Made by a program: the position numbers and the translations under genes
Assembly: GCA_018713745.1 (NCBI GenBank)
Contig: DVOH01000038.1
Location: 31,938-95,937 of the forward strand
From: Candidatus Stercoripulliclostridium merdipullorum
Lineage (GTDB): Bacteria; Bacillota; Clostridia; Christensenellales; DTU072
Length of the DNA: 64,000 nt
Direction of reading: 5' to 3'
Shown here: positions 18,939 through 29,454 of the stretch, one piece after another
Numbering within the stretch: position 1 is the first letter of the stretch
How the letters are laid out: each line of letters opens with the position of its first letter
Notes under the pieces: generated by a model
What the model was told of the DNA's origin: nothing
The model's input: only the letters and a program-made list of their open reading frames with translations
Database searches by the model: none

Positions 18939-20233
18939 TGCGCTTAACCGTTGTCGGCGGAGGGCTTGCGGGAGTCGAAGCGGCATATCAGATGCTCAAG
19001 CGCGGATACGCCGTCGATCTGTACGAAATGCGTCCGTCCAAAACGACGCCCGCGCACCGTACGGGCGATCTTGCCGAACTGATTTGCAGCAACAGTCTGA
19101 AAAGCGAAGCCCCCGACACCGCGCAAGGCGCCTTGAAAGCCGAAATGCGGATGGCGGACTCTCTGATTCTGAAAGCCGCCGATCTCAGCCGCGTCCCGGC
19201 AGGGGGTGCGCTTGCCGTTGACAGAGGGTTGTTTTCGCAAAGTGTAGGCAAACTGTTGAAGCAATTTTCAAACCTTGCTATAATAAGGGATGAAGTAACG
19301 GAAATTCCTTCCGAAGCTGTCGTCGCGCCGGGACCTCTCGCCTCCGACGCCATCGCCCGCGCGATTGCCGAGCGGACGGGAAAGGACGGTTTGCATTTTT
19401 TTGACGCAGTCGCTCCCATCGTCACGGCAGAGTCGGTCGATATGCGATATGCGTTCTACGGTGCGCGTTACGGCAAAGGGACGCCCGACTATCTCAACTG
19501 TCCGATGTCCGAAGCCGAGTATCTTGCCTTCCGCGAAGCGTTGGTTTCCGCCGAAACCGTCGTCTTGCACAGCTTCGAAAAGGGCGACGTCTTCGAAGGC
19601 TGTATGCCCGTCGAGGTCATGGCAAAACGCGGCGTCGATACGTTGCGCTTCGGTCCCCTTCGTCCCGTCGGAATTTACGACGCCGACGGAAAACGCGCTT
19701 ACGCCGTCGTTCAGCTGCGCAAAGAGGACAACCACGACGGCTTACTCAATCTTGTCGGATTTCAGACCAATCTGAAGTTCGGCGAACAAAAAAGAGTGTT
19801 TTCGATGATTCCCGCCCTGCGCGACGCGGAGTTCGTCCGTTACGGCGTGATGCATCGCAATACATATCTCGACAGTCCCGGGTTTCTCGACGCCGCGTTC
19901 GGCGTCATCGGCAGTCCGACGACGTTTTTCGCGGGGCAGATTACCGGTGTCGAAGGCTATATGGAGAGCGCGATGAGCGGTATGATCGCCGGGATCAACC
20001 TCGTCCGCAGGCTGGAAGGAAAACCCGATTTCCTCCCGCCCCCGACGACGATGTGCGGCAGTCTTGCCCGCTATGTCGCCGCTCCCAATACCGCGTTTCA
20101 GCCCATGCACGTTTCGTTTTCGCTCCTTCCGCCCCTCGGATTTAAGGCGGGCGGCAAAGCCGAACGCAAACGCGCTTATGCCGAACGCGCGGTAAAAGAC
20201 TTTCAAAAATATATCGAAGAGGTGCAATTATGA
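18938..20233 (+). CDS. trmFO: Methylenetetrahydrofolate--tRNA-(uracil54-C5)-methyltransferase TrmFO
   Basis: FAD motif [14 protein letters not shown] and the Gid/TrmFO family pattern. It is located after topA, as in Bacillus. Confidence 0.95.
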   Translation: MRLTVVGGGLAGVEAAYQMLKRGYAVDLYEMRPSKTTPAHRTGDLAELICSNSLKSEAPDTAQGALKAEMRMADSLILKAADLSRVPAGGALAVDRGLFSQSVGKLLKQFSNLAIIRDEVTEIPSEAVVAPGPLASDAIARAIAERTGKDGLHFFDAVAPIVTAESVDMRYAFYGARYGKGTPDYLNCPMSEAEYLAFREALVSAETVVLHSFEKGDVFEGCMPVEVMAKRGVDTLRFGPLRPVGIYDADGKRAYAVVQLRKEDNHDGLLNLVGFQTNLKFGEQKRVFSMIPALRDAEFVRYGVMHRNTYLDSPGFLDAAFGVIGSPTTFFAGQITGVEGYMESAMSGMIAGINLVRRLEGKPDFLPPPTTMCGSLARYVAAPNTAFQPMHVSFSLLPPLGFKAGGKAERKRAYAERAVKDFQKYIEEVQL

Positions 20234-20760
20234 TGAAAGCTACGACCATTTGCGCCGTCAAACGCAACGGCGTGACCGCAATCGCCGGAGACGGACAGGT
20301 TACGATGGGCGAAAGCATTATCCTCAAAGGCAACGCCGTCAAAGTCAAACGCATCTACGACGACAAGGTTGTCGTCGGATTTGCGGGTTCTGTCAGCGAC
20401 GCCTTTACGCTCAGCGAAAAATTTGAAGAAATGCTCCAAAAATACAGCGGCAATCTGATGCGGAGCGCCGTCGAACTTGCCGAGGAATGGCGTAAAGGCA
20501 GTATGATGCGCAACCTCGAAGCGATGTTGATCATTGCCGACAAAGACAATTTGCTGATCGTATCCGGCAACGGCAACGTGATCGATCCCGAAGAGGGGGT
20601 CTGCGCCATCGGAAGCGGCGGAAATTACGCCCTTGCCGCGGCGCGGGCATTGCTCGAAAACACCGATCTCTCGGCAAAGGAGATCGTATTGCGCGCGATG
20701 AAAATCGCCGCCGATCTCTGTGTGTTCACCAACCACAACTTCACGGTGGAAACGGTATAA
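20230..20760 (+). CDS. hslV: ATP-dependent protease subunit HslV
   Basis: [11 protein letters not shown]-terminal Thr nucleophile region and [14 protein letters not shown]. Confidence 0.95.
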   Translation: MMKATTICAVKRNGVTAIAGDGQVTMGESIILKGNAVKVKRIYDDKVVVGFAGSVSDAFTLSEKFEEMLQKYSGNLMRSAVELAEEWRKGSMMRNLEAMLIIADKDNLLIVSGNGNVIDPEEGVCAIGSGGNYALAAARALLENTDLSAKEIVLRAMKIAADLCVFTNHNFTVETV

Positions 20761-20773
20761 GGAGGCAGAAGGT

Positions 20774-22087
20774 ATGGAACTGAGTCCCAAGCAAATCGTA
20801 ACCGAACTCAACCGTTATGTAATCGGACAGGATGCCGCCAAAAAAGCGGTGGCGATTGCCCTCCGCAACCGCTATCGCCGCAGTCAGCTTCCGCCCGAAG
20901 TCCGCGACGAAATCACGCCCAAAAACATTATCATGAAAGGTCCGACGGGCGTCGGCAAAACCGAAATCGCAAGACGGCTCGCCAAGCTCGTCAAAGCGCC
21001 GTTTGTCAAAGTCGAAGCGACCAAATTTACCGAAGTCGGCTATGTCGGGCGCGACGTCGAATCGATGATCCGCGATCTCGTCGAAGTCGCCATCCGCTTG
21101 GTCAAAGAAGAAAAAATCGCCGAAGTCGAACCCAAAGCAAAAGCCGCCGCCGAAAAGAAAATTATCGACGCCTTGCTTCCCGTCAAGAAGAAAGCGCATC
21201 CCGACGTTCCCGAGCCCGAACTGCGTTCGCAGCTGATGATCGAGTTTGAAAACGGCAATCTCGATAAGATTCCGCTGGAGATCGAGGTGGAAGAAGCGCC
21301 GAAGAGTCTGCAACTGGGACCGATGGGCGGCGGAAACGACAACAACGTAGGGGACTTTTTCGGTTCGCTTTTCCCAAAAAAGCGTAAAAAACGCAAAATG
21401 ACGGTTGGGGAAGCGACCAAATATTTCACCAACGAAGAGGCAGACAAGCTGATCGATACCGACGCCATCAACGCCGAAGGACTGCGCCGCGCCGAGCAGG
21501 AAGGCATCGTCTTTATCGACGAAATGGACAAAATCGCCAGCCGTTCCAATTCTTCGGGACCCGACGTTTCGAGAGAGGGCGTTCAGCGCGATATTCTGCC
21601 CATTGTCGAAGGTTGCACCGTCAATACCAAGTACGGCAACATCAAGACCGACTACATCTTGTTTATCGCGGCAGGGGCGTTTCATATCAGTAAAGTCAGC
21701 GATCTGATTCCCGAATTGCAAGGGCGTTTCCCCGTCATTGTCGATCTGCTCAGCCTGACCGAAGAGGATTTCAAAAAGATTCTCAAAGAACCCGACAACG
21801 CCATCATCATGCAGTATGCCGCCCTTCTCAGAGTCGATCAGATCGAACTGAAGTTCACCGACGACGCCATTGCCGAAATGGCGCGCATCGCCTTCAGCGA
21901 AAACGAAAGTCACGAAAACATCGGGGCAAGACGGCTTCACTCGGTGATGGAAGCGCTTCTCGAAGATATCAGCTTTAACGCATGCGGCGGTCACGACCCC
22001 GTCGAGTTGATTATCGATCGCAAATACGTCGAAGAACACCTCGAAAAAGCTCTGAAATCCAAAAATCTGAAAAAATATATTCTGTAA
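20774..22087 (+). CDS. hslU: ATP-dependent protease ATPase subunit HslU
   Basis: The start [19 protein letters not shown] follows a GGAGG RBS. Walker [16 protein letters not shown] and Walker [10 protein letters not shown] are present. Confidence 0.95.
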   Translation: MELSPKQIVTELNRYVIGQDAAKKAVAIALRNRYRRSQLPPEVRDEITPKNIIMKGPTGVGKTEIARRLAKLVKAPFVKVEATKFTEVGYVGRDVESMIRDLVEVAIRLVKEEKIAEVEPKAKAAAEKKIIDALLPVKKKAHPDVPEPELRSQLMIEFENGNLDKIPLEIEVEEAPKSLQLGPMGGGNDNNVGDFFGSLFPKKRKKRKMTVGEATKYFTNEEADKLIDTDAINAEGLRRAEQEGIVFIDEMDKIASRSNSSGPDVSREGVQRDILPIVEGCTVNTKYGNIKTDYILFIAAGAFHISKVSDLIPELQGRFPVIVDLLSLTEEDFKKILKEPDNAIIMQYAALLRVDQIELKFTDDAIAEMARIAFSENESHENIGARRLHSVMEALLEDISFNACGGHDPVELIIDRKYVEEHLEKALKSKNLKKYIL

Positions 22088-22095
22088 TCCGACCT

Positions 22096-23349
22096 ATGAT
22101 CAGCATTCCGAAAGGCACAAAGGACGTAACGCCTTACGAAAGTTACAAATGGCATTATGTAGAAGATACGGCGCGACGCGTCGCCGCCACGTTCGGCTAC
22201 TCCGAAATCCGTACGCCGACGTTCGAGCATACCGAGCTTTTTTTGCGCGGCGTCGGGGAAACGACCGATATCGTCAATAAAGAAATGTATACCTTCCTCG
22301 ACAAAGGCAATCGTTCGATGACGCTGAAGTGCGAGGGGACGGCAGGGGTTGCGCGTTCGTTCATCGAAAACGGGATCGGAGCTTTGCCGCAACCCACCAA
22401 GATGTACTATATCACGCCGGTGTTCCGTTACGAACGTCCGCAATCGGGCAGACTGCGCGAGCATCACCAGTTCGGGGTTGAGCTGTACGGCAGTACCTCT
22501 CCCTTTGCCGACGCCGAAGTCATTTTGCTTGCCAAACGCCTGATCGAAACCCTCGGCATCACCGAACTGGAACTCAACCTCAACAGCATCGGATGCGGAA
22601 CTTGCCGCAAAGGATACAACGCCGCGCTCAAAGACTATTTCCGCGCTCGCGCGGAGGAGCTTTGCCCCGTCTGCAGAGAACGGCTGGACAAAAACCCCTT
22701 GCGCATCCTCGACTGCAAAGAAGAGCGTTGCGCCGCGATTGCAAAAGACGCACCCGTCGTCACCGATTATCTCTGCGACGACTGCAGGACGCATTTCGAG
22801 GCGTTGCAGACAATTCTCAAGAATGAAGGAGTTTCCTTTGCCGTCAATCCCAAAATCGTACGCGGACTCGACTATTATACCGGTACGGTGTTTGAATTTA
22901 TTTCCACTTCGATCGGAGCCAAAGGCACGGTCTGCGGCGGCGGCAGATACAATCGTCTTGTCGAAGAAGTGGGCGGAAAACCCACGCCCGCCGTCGGATT
23001 CGGTATGGGGCTCGAACGGCTGATCATGGTGCTGGAAGCGCTGGGGCTTTCGCTCGGCAGTCCCGAGACGCCCGCCGTTTATGTGGCGCCGCTGTCCGAA
23101 GCGTTGAGAGGGCAGGCGTTTTCGCTGGTCGGAAAACTTCGCCTGGCAGGTGTTTCCGCCGATACCGACCTTGCCGATCGCAGCTTTAAGGCGCAGATGA
23201 AGTACGCCAACAAAAAAGGTTACCGCTATCTGATCGCACTCGGCGAAGACGAGTTGCGCTCGGGTACCGTACAACTCAAAGAGATGGCAAGCGGCACCGA
23301 ACGCGCCGTCGCCATCGTCGATTTACCCAAGACTTTAGGAGAACTCTGA
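22096..23349 (+). CDS. hisS: Histidine--tRNA ligase
   Basis: MISIPKGTKDV start and class II motifs (YYITPVFRYERPQSGRLREHHQFG, GGGRYN). Confidence 0.95.
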   Translation: MISIPKGTKDVTPYESYKWHYVEDTARRVAATFGYSEIRTPTFEHTELFLRGVGETTDIVNKEMYTFLDKGNRSMTLKCEGTAGVARSFIENGIGALPQPTKMYYITPVFRYERPQSGRLREHHQFGVELYGSTSPFADAEVILLAKRLIETLGITELELNLNSIGCGTCRKGYNAALKDYFRARAEELCPVCRERLDKNPLRILDCKEERCAAIAKDAPVVTDYLCDDCRTHFEALQTILKNEGVSFAVNPKIVRGLDYYTGTVFEFISTSIGAKGTVCGGGRYNRLVEEVGGKPTPAVGFGMGLERLIMVLEALGLSLGSPETPAVYVAPLSEALRGQAFSLVGKLRLAGVSADTDLADRSFKAQMKYANKKGYRYLIALGEDELRSGTVQLKEMASGTERAVAIVDLPKTLGEL

Positions 23350-23350
23350 T

Positions 23351-25138
23351 ATGGCAGAATCGCTGAACGGAATGAAACGAACCAAACTCTGCGGAGAATT
23401 CCGCTTGTCCGACGTCGGCAAGACCGTTACCGCAACGGGCTTTGTCGCCAAATACCGCAACCTGGGATCGATTCAGTTTGTCGACCTCAGAGACCGTTCG
23501 GGAATTCTGCAGCTCAGCTTTTCCGAAGCCGACCACCCCGAAGTGTTTGCAAAGTCCACCGCAATCCGCAACGAATTTGTCCTTGCCGTGCGCGGTACGA
23601 TTGCCCCCCGCGGCGAAAAGAACGTCAACCCCAACCTTCCGACGGGTGAAATAGAGCTGATCGTCGAGGAACTTCGGATTCTTTCCGAAGCCGATACCAC
23701 ACCCTTCCACATCGTCGACGACTGCAAAGCCAACGAGCAGTTGCGCCTGAAATACCGTTATCTCGATCTGCGCCGTCCTTATTTGCAACATCGCCTGATC
23801 GTGCGCGATCAAATTGTGCGTACTACGGCGGAATATATGGCAAAGCAAGGGTTTTTGAACATCGAAACACCCTTTCTCGGCAAGTCCACCCCCGAAGGAG
23901 CAAGAGATTATCTTGTCCCCAGTCGCGTTAAGCAAGGTGCGTTTTACGCTTTGCCGCAGTCCCCGCAGCTTTATAAGCAGTTGCTGATGATTGCCGGGTT
24001 CGATCGCTATTATCAGATTGCCAAATGCTTCCGTGACGAAGATCTGCGCGCCAACCGCCAACCCGAATTTACGCAGATCGACATCGAAATGAGCTATGTC
24101 GAAGACATCGCAGACGTCATGAAAGTCGCAGAAGGGCTGATCCGCGAAATTTTCAAAAAAACCATCGGACTCGACCTGCCCAAACGCTTCCGCCGTCTGA
24201 AATACTCCGAAGCCATGGAGCGCTTCGGGAGCGACAAGCCCGATACCCGTTTCGGACTCGAACTGCAAGACGTCAGCAAAATCGTCAAAGGATGCGGCTT
24301 TTCGGTGTTTGACAACGCCGCGCGCAAAAAAGGCTTTTCCGTCCGCGGCATCAATGCCAAAGGGATGGCAAAGTTCACCCGCAAAGAAGTCGATGCCCTG
24401 CAAGACGTCGTCAAAGAGTACGGCGCAAAGGGACTTGCTTATATCAGCCTTAAGCCCGACGGAATTTCGTCGCCCATTGCAAAGTTTTTCAGCGAAGAGC
24501 GCTTCCGCGCTTTGATCGACGCGATGGGAGGGGAGACAGGCGACCTCTTGCTGTTTGTCGCCGACCGTGACAAAACCGTCTTTGACGCCCTCGGCGCACT
24601 GCGGCTTGCCGTCGCACGCAAAGAGGGGCTGATCGACGAAAGCACCTACGATATTTTGTGGGTGACGCACTTCCCGCTGTATGAGTACGACGAAGAAGAA
24701 AAACGCCTGGTCGCAATGCACCATCCCTTCACTTCCCCGCTGACCGAGGATCTGAAGTATCTCAAGGACAAGCCTTTGAAAGTCCGCGCCAAGGCGTACG
24801 ATCTTGTCATCAACGGACAGGAAGCCGGCGGCGGCTCTATCCGAATCCACAGCGCGGAATTGCAAGAGACGATGTTCGATCGCATCGGTCTGACCGAAAA
24901 GGATATCAAAGAACGCTTCGGCTTCTTTGTCGAAGCCTTCCGTTACGGCGTACCGCCGCACGGCGGACTTGCGTTCGGGCTTGACCGACTGGTCATGCTT
25001 CTGACGGGAACCGATAACATCAAAGACGTCATCGCCTTCCCCAAGAATCAGGCGGCGGCATGCCTGATGTCCGACGCCCCCGGCGAGGTAGAGGACAAAC
25101 AACTGATCGAATTGGGATTGCCCGTACCGCAGAAATAA
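23351..25138 (+). CDS. aspS: Aspartate--tRNA ligase
   Basis: OB-fold N-terminus, FRDEDLRANRQPEFTQID, GGGSIRIH and AFGLDRLVM motifs. Confidence 0.97.
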   Translation: MAESLNGMKRTKLCGEFRLSDVGKTVTATGFVAKYRNLGSIQFVDLRDRSGILQLSFSEADHPEVFAKSTAIRNEFVLAVRGTIAPRGEKNVNPNLPTGEIELIVEELRILSEADTTPFHIVDDCKANEQLRLKYRYLDLRRPYLQHRLIVRDQIVRTTAEYMAKQGFLNIETPFLGKSTPEGARDYLVPSRVKQGAFYALPQSPQLYKQLLMIAGFDRYYQIAKCFRDEDLRANRQPEFTQIDIEMSYVEDIADVMKVAEGLIREIFKKTIGLDLPKRFRRLKYSEAMERFGSDKPDTRFGLELQDVSKIVKGCGFSVFDNAARKKGFSVRGINAKGMAKFTRKEVDALQDVVKEYGAKGLAYISLKPDGISSPIAKFFSEERFRALIDAMGGETGDLLLFVADRDKTVFDALGALRLAVARKEGLIDESTYDILWVTHFPLYEYDEEEKRLVAMHHPFTSPLTEDLKYLKDKPLKVRAKAYDLVINGQEAGGGSIRIHSAELQETMFDRIGLTEKDIKERFGFFVEAFRYGVPPHGGLAFGLDRLVMLLTGTDNIKDVIAFPKNQAAACLMSDAPGEVEDKQLIELGLPVPQK

Positions 25139-25141
25139 GCG

Positions 25142-25633
25142 ATGAAAGAAGTCGGCACCGTTGCCAAGATCAGCCGTACGGGATTTGCTACCGTTCGCTT
25201 TCCCCGCAAAACGGCATGCGAGCACTGCAATATGTGTCTGAAGCCCAAAGACGAAATGTACGTTCAGCTTCGGCTCAAAAACAGCGTCGGCGCAAAAGAG
25301 GGGGACAAGGTCGAAGTAACCATGGGGGATCGTGCCGTTCTGACGGCATCCTTCCTGGTCTACATTATGCCGCTGATCCCGATGGCAATCGTGCTCGGGA
25401 CAACCTATCGCGTCAGCTTGGCGCTTGCTTACGGGCTTGCGGCGGCAACGCTGATACTCGGATTTGTCGCCGTCGCGCTGATCGATCGGAAGATCCGGGA
25501 AAAGTCGGAGTTTATGCCCAAGATTACGCGGATCGTCCCCGAGGACGAATCAAACCCGGACGAGCAGGCTTCCCGCCCCTCCGACAACGACGGGGAAGAT
25601 GCCGACGGAATCGGTACCGAAGACAAATGTTAA
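25142..25633 (+). CDS. RseC/SoxR-reducing-system family membrane protein
   Basis: N-terminal beta domain with a Cys pair (ACEHCNMC), two TM helices and an acidic C-terminal tail. Confidence 0.6.
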   Translation: MKEVGTVAKISRTGFATVRFPRKTACEHCNMCLKPKDEMYVQLRLKNSVGAKEGDKVEVTMGDRAVLTASFLVYIMPLIPMAIVLGTTYRVSLALAYGLAAATLILGFVAVALIDRKIREKSEFMPKITRIVPEDESNPDEQASRPSDNDGEDADGIGTEDKC

Positions 25634-25688
25634 TCCGTCGCCGCAAGGCGCACCAAAATACCAATCATCTATCATATAAGGAGTCATT

Positions 25689-26939
25689 ATGATCGATTTC
25701 AAAATCATTCAGCAGCAAGATCCCGAAGTCTACGACGCCCTTTGCAAAGAGCTCGACCGTCAGGAACGCAACATCGAACTGATCGCTTCCGAAAATTTTG
25801 TATCGGAACCCGTTATGGTTGCGGCAGGATCCCATCTGACCAATAAATATGCAGAAGGCTATCCCGGAAAGCGTTATTACGGGGGATGCCAGTTTGTCGA
25901 TATTGCCGAAAATCTTGCCATCGAACGCGCCAAAAAACTGTTTGGTGCGGAGTATGTCAACGTACAGCCACATTCCGGGAGCAGCGCAAACTTTCAGGTT
26001 TATTACAGCCTGCTTAACGTCGGCGACACCGTGCTCGGTATGAATCTGAACCACGGCGGACACCTGACGCACGGCGCAAAGGTCAGCATCAGCGGCAAAT
26101 ACTTTGACTTCCATGCATACGGCGTGGAAGAAGACGGCTATATCAATTATGACAACGTCGAAAAAATCGCGCTCGAATGCAAACCCAAGCTGATCGTGGC
26201 AGGGGCGTCGGCATATCCGCGCGCTTTGGATTTTGCCAAGTTCCGTGCGATTGCCGATAAGGTCGGCGCGTACCTGATGGTTGATATGGCGCATATTGCG
26301 GGACTTGTCGCGGCGGGATTGCACCAAAACCCCGTTCCGTACGCAGACGTCGTGACGACGACTACGCACAAGACGTTGCGCGGACCGCGCGGCGGGCTGA
26401 TCCTTGCCAAAAAAGAACTTGCCGCACAACTCAACAAAGCGGTATTCCCCGGGACCCAGGGCGGACCGCTGATGCACATCATTGCCGCCAAAGCCGTAGC
26501 CCTCGGCGAAGCGTTGACCGACGATTTCAAAGCCTATCAGACTCAGATTGTCAAAAACGCCAAAGTTCTTGCCGATACGTTGATGCAGGAAGGCATCAAA
26601 TTGTTCAGCAACGGAACGGACAATCACCTGATGCTGGTCGACCTGCGCGGTACGGGATGCAGCGGCAAAGAACTGGAGCATCTTCTGGACGAAGTCAATA
26701 TCACGACCAACAAGAACAGCATTCCGTTTGACAACGCAAGCCCGATGGATCCCAACGGACTGCGGATCGGGACGCCCGGCGTCACGACGCGCGGCATGAA
26801 AGAGGAACAGATGGTCGTCATCGGTCGTTGCATCGCCCGCATCATCCGCGAGAAGGAAGCCGCGTTCGACGACGTCCGCAAACAAATTGCGGCATTGACC
26901 GAAGCCTTCCCGCTCTATAAAGGAGTATTCGAATTATAA
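25689..26939 (+). CDS. glyA: Serine hydroxymethyltransferase
   Basis: The PLP lysine motif [14 protein letters not shown] and overall SHMT sequence. Confidence 0.97.
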   Translation: MIDFKIIQQQDPEVYDALCKELDRQERNIELIASENFVSEPVMVAAGSHLTNKYAEGYPGKRYYGGCQFVDIAENLAIERAKKLFGAEYVNVQPHSGSSANFQVYYSLLNVGDTVLGMNLNHGGHLTHGAKVSISGKYFDFHAYGVEEDGYINYDNVEKIALECKPKLIVAGASAYPRALDFAKFRAIADKVGAYLMVDMAHIAGLVAAGLHQNPVPYADVVTTTTHKTLRGPRGGLILAKKELAAQLNKAVFPGTQGGPLMHIIAAKAVALGEALTDDFKAYQTQIVKNAKVLADTLMQEGIKLFSNGTDNHLMLVDLRGTGCSGKELEHLLDEVNITTNKNSIPFDNASPMDPNGLRIGTPGVTTRGMKEEQMVVIGRCIARIIREKEAAFDDVRKQIAALTEAFPLYKGVFEL

Positions 26940-28120
26940 TGAAAGTTTATCTGGACAACTCCGCGACGACGGCGGTTGACAGCCGCGTTCTGAAGGAAAT
27001 GTTGCCGTATTTCGATCGGATCTACGGCAATCCTTCGTCGTTGCACGCGTTCGGAAGAGAGGCGCTCAAGGCGGTGGACGAAGCGCGCAAGACGATTGCC
27101 GACTGCCTTAACGCCAAGCCGAGCGAAATTTATATTACGTCGGGCGGAACCGAAAGCGACAACTGGGCGCTGAAAGGTGCCGTCCGTGCGTCCAAAAACA
27201 AAGTCAAACATATCATCACCTCAAAGATCGAGCATCCCGCCATTCTCGAAACCTGTCGCGAACTTGAAAAAGACGGCGTCCGCGTGACATACGTCGGCGT
27301 CGACAAAGACGGTCGGGTTTCGGTAGAGGAGATCAAAAACGCGGTGACCGACGATACCGTGCTGATCAGCATTATGTTTGCCAACAACGAGATGGGCGCC
27401 ATCCAGCCGATTGCCGAAATCGGTGCGTTTGCGCGGGAAGAGGGGATTTTGTTCCACACCGACGCCGTGCAGGCGATTGACTCGCAGGAGATCGACGTTG
27501 ACAAGCTGAATCTCGACATGCTGTCGCTGTCGGCACACAAGTTTCACGGACCCAAAGGGATCGGATTGCTTTATGTCCGTTCGGGGGTCAAGATCGATCG
27601 CCTGATCGCAGGCGGACATCAGGAACGCGCAAAAAGGGGTGGGACGACCGATACCCCCTTGATCGTCGGGATGGCAAAAGCGATGGAGATTTCCAAAGCC
27701 GAACGCGCCGAAAATAACCTGCGCATCGCCCGACTGCGCGACCGTCTGATCGACCGCGCGCTTGCCGAAATTCCGTACTGCTATCTCAACGGCGGACGGG
27801 AGCATCGCTTGCCCAACAACGCAAACTTAAGTTTCGGTTTTATCGAAGGGGAAAGCATCTTATTTACCCTCGATCTCGAAGGGATTGCCGTCAGCAGCGG
27901 TTCGGCATGTTCGTCGGGATCGCTCGAACCCTCACACGTTATTCTGGCGTTGGGGACGCCCGTCGAACTCGCACACAGCTCCATCCGTTTCAGTCTGGGG
28001 AGAGAAACGACGGAAGAGGAAATCGATTACACCGTCGAAGTGCTCAAAAAGACGGTAGAACGTCTCAGAGCAATTTCGCCGTTATTCAATATGGAAAAAG
28101 GAACAGGCAGTTATGTATAA
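26939..28120 (+). CDS. nifS: Cysteine desulfurase (NifS/IscS type)
   Basis: SAHKFHGPKG PLP-lysine motif and the catalytic SSGSACSSG loop. Confidence 0.93.
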   Translation: MKVYLDNSATTAVDSRVLKEMLPYFDRIYGNPSSLHAFGREALKAVDEARKTIADCLNAKPSEIYITSGGTESDNWALKGAVRASKNKVKHIITSKIEHPAILETCRELEKDGVRVTYVGVDKDGRVSVEEIKNAVTDDTVLISIMFANNEMGAIQPIAEIGAFAREEGILFHTDAVQAIDSQEIDVDKLNLDMLSLSAHKFHGPKGIGLLYVRSGVKIDRLIAGGHQERAKRGGTTDTPLIVGMAKAMEISKAERAENNLRIARLRDRLIDRALAEIPYCYLNGGREHRLPNNANLSFGFIEGESILFTLDLEGIAVSSGSACSSGSLEPSHVILALGTPVELAHSSIRFSLGRETTEEEIDYTVEVLKKTVERLRAISPLFNMEKGTGSYV

Positions 28121-28481
28121 TGAAAGAGTGATCAACGAATTCAAAAACCCCAAAAACATCGGGGAAATCCCCGACGCCGACGGTGTCGGAACCATCGGCA
28201 ACGCAAGTTGCGGCGACATCATGCAGATTTTTTTGAAAATCGAAGATAACCGGATTGTCGACGCAAAATTCAAGACATTCGGATGCGCCGCCGCGATCGC
28301 ATCGAGTTCGGTTGCCACCGAGATGATTAAAGGTATGACGATAGAAGAAGCGCTTCAGGTCAAAAACGCCGACGTCGTCGAGCGGCTCGAAGGTCTGCCG
28401 CCTCAAAAAATTCATTGCTCGGTTTTGGCGGAAGAAGCCATCCACGCCGCGATCGACAATTATCGCGAAAAGACGAAATAA
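28113..28481 (+). CDS. nifU: Fe-S cluster scaffold NifU/IscU
   Basis: The three conserved Cys contexts (NASCGD, FGCAAAIASS, IHCSVLA). Confidence 0.93.
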   Translation: MYNERVINEFKNPKNIGEIPDADGVGTIGNASCGDIMQIFLKIEDNRIVDAKFKTFGCAAAIASSSVATEMIKGMTIEEALQVKNADVVERLEGLPPQKIHCSVLAEEAIHAAIDNYREKTK

Positions 28482-28502
28482 TCGTTTGCATCGTATCGAT
28501 CG

Positions 28503-28537
28503 ACAGCCGTTTCCAACCGGAAACGGCTGTTTTTTTG
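28503..28537 (+). terminator. Strong rho-independent terminator ending the long housekeeping run
   Basis: A 12 bp stem, ACAGCCGTTTCC-aacc-GGAAACGGCTGT, followed by TTTTTTT. Confidence 0.8.
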
Positions 28538-28614
28538 CTTTTTTCAAGCGAAAAAAAAGAAAATCCGCCTCAAAAAATTTTTCCGAGTTGTCCAAAAATT
28601 TTCACACCTCTCCC

Positions 28615-28644
28615 TTGACATCGGCAAATTTCGTTTGCTATACT
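28615..28644 (+). promoter_or_regulatory. Near-consensus sigma-A promoter in front of the phage-derived cluster
   Basis: TTGACA (28615-28620), an 18 nt spacer, then TATACT (28639-28644). An A/T-rich region lies upstream. Confidence 0.6.
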
Positions 28645-28688
28645 GATATCGAATCAGAACAAATGTTCGTAAATTCAACGGAGGGTGT

Positions 28689-29192
28689 ATGTTAGACAGT
28701 ATCTTTGCAAAAACGGCGTTGTCCGTCAGACCCGAAATTTCGTTCGGTCTCAACAGCTATCGCAAACGGATCGAAACGTTGACGGGTTATCGGTACAACA
28801 CGGCGGGGGAGTGCGCCGAGCTGACGTTTGCAAAAATCGAAGCGATTCAACGGGCGATGGAGCGGCTTTCGGTTTTGTCCAATGCCGTCGACGCGGCGGT
28901 GGCGTTGTTGAACGATCGGCAGAGGCGGCTCATCGACTTAGTATATTTCAAGGGACAGCCGCGCGAATCCGTCATGGCGGAAATGAAGCTTTCTCCCACG
29001 CAATACAAGTATCTCAAAAATGTTTCGGTCAAAAAAATAGCAGGGTATCTCAATATTCTCGGGTTTGACAACGAGCGGTTTCTCGCGTATTTCAATGCCG
29101 AACCCGCGGTCGTCAGAAATTACGAAATTCTGTTGCTGCGCCGTGCGGCTTGTTGCTTCGGAGGGGATGAAGATGTCGCCCGATCTGTATAA
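28689..29192 (+). CDS. Sigma-70 region-4-like HTH regulator (phage late-gene activator type)
   Basis: The 167 aa segment RQRRLIDLVYFKGQPRESVMAEMKLSPTQYKYLKNVSVKKIAGYL resembles sigma region 4 / ArpU-RinA-like activators. A GGAGGG RBS lies upstream. Confidence 0.5.
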   Translation: MLDSIFAKTALSVRPEISFGLNSYRKRIETLTGYRYNTAGECAELTFAKIEAIQRAMERLSVLSNAVDAAVALLNDRQRRLIDLVYFKGQPRESVMAEMKLSPTQYKYLKNVSVKKIAGYLNILGFDNERFLAYFNAEPAVVRNYEILLLRRAACCFGGDEDVARSV

Positions 29193-29454
29193 AACTTTGC
29201 TCAAAAAAGCGGTTGGTTATTCCGTCAAAGAAACGGTGACCGAGTATGTCGTCGAAGAGGACGGAACGCGCCGCGCCGTGCGGGAAAAGACGCAAAAGAA
29301 ATATGTTCCGCCCGATATCGCCGCCTTAAAAACCTACCTCGAACTGGTCGAAAGCAAGCAGCGCGGAGAGTTGTCGGCAATGTCGGACGAAGCCCTCGAA
29401 GCAGAACGCCTTCGCTTGCTGAAAGAATTGGAAGCGATTTCTCACTCGTCGTAA
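29167..29454 (+). CDS. Small phage protein; terminase small subunit candidate
   Basis: About 95 aa. The motif KKYVPPDIAALKTYLE resembles the conserved ...PPD..A..F.L.N segment of several Firmicute-phage small terminases. The start could be 29167 or 29173, after a GGAGGGG RBS. Confidence 0.4.
   Translation: MKMSPDLYKTLLKKAVGYSVKETVTEYVVEEDGTRRAVREKTQKKYVPPDIAALKTYLELVESKQRGELSAMSDEALEAERLRLLKELEAISHSS

Noticed and set aside
22088-22095. I looked for a T-box or other leader upstream of hisS/aspS, and for riboswitches upstream of glyA.
   Set aside because: The intergenic spaces (8 nt before hisS, 1 nt before aspS, 55 nt before glyA) are too short to hold such elements.
23276-25225. A 649 aa minus-strand ORF opposite aspS.
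   Set aside because: The sense strand is unmistakably AspRS, so the antisense frame is open only because TTA/CTA/TCA codons are absent.
28528-28545. A possible att-like direct repeat flanking the phage-derived cluster (TTTTTTGCTTT here and again at about 39277-39288).
   Set aside because: Both copies are just the U-tract tails of rho-independent terminators followed by GCTTT. At 11 nt and low complexity, and with no integrase present, this is not convincing as attL/attR.
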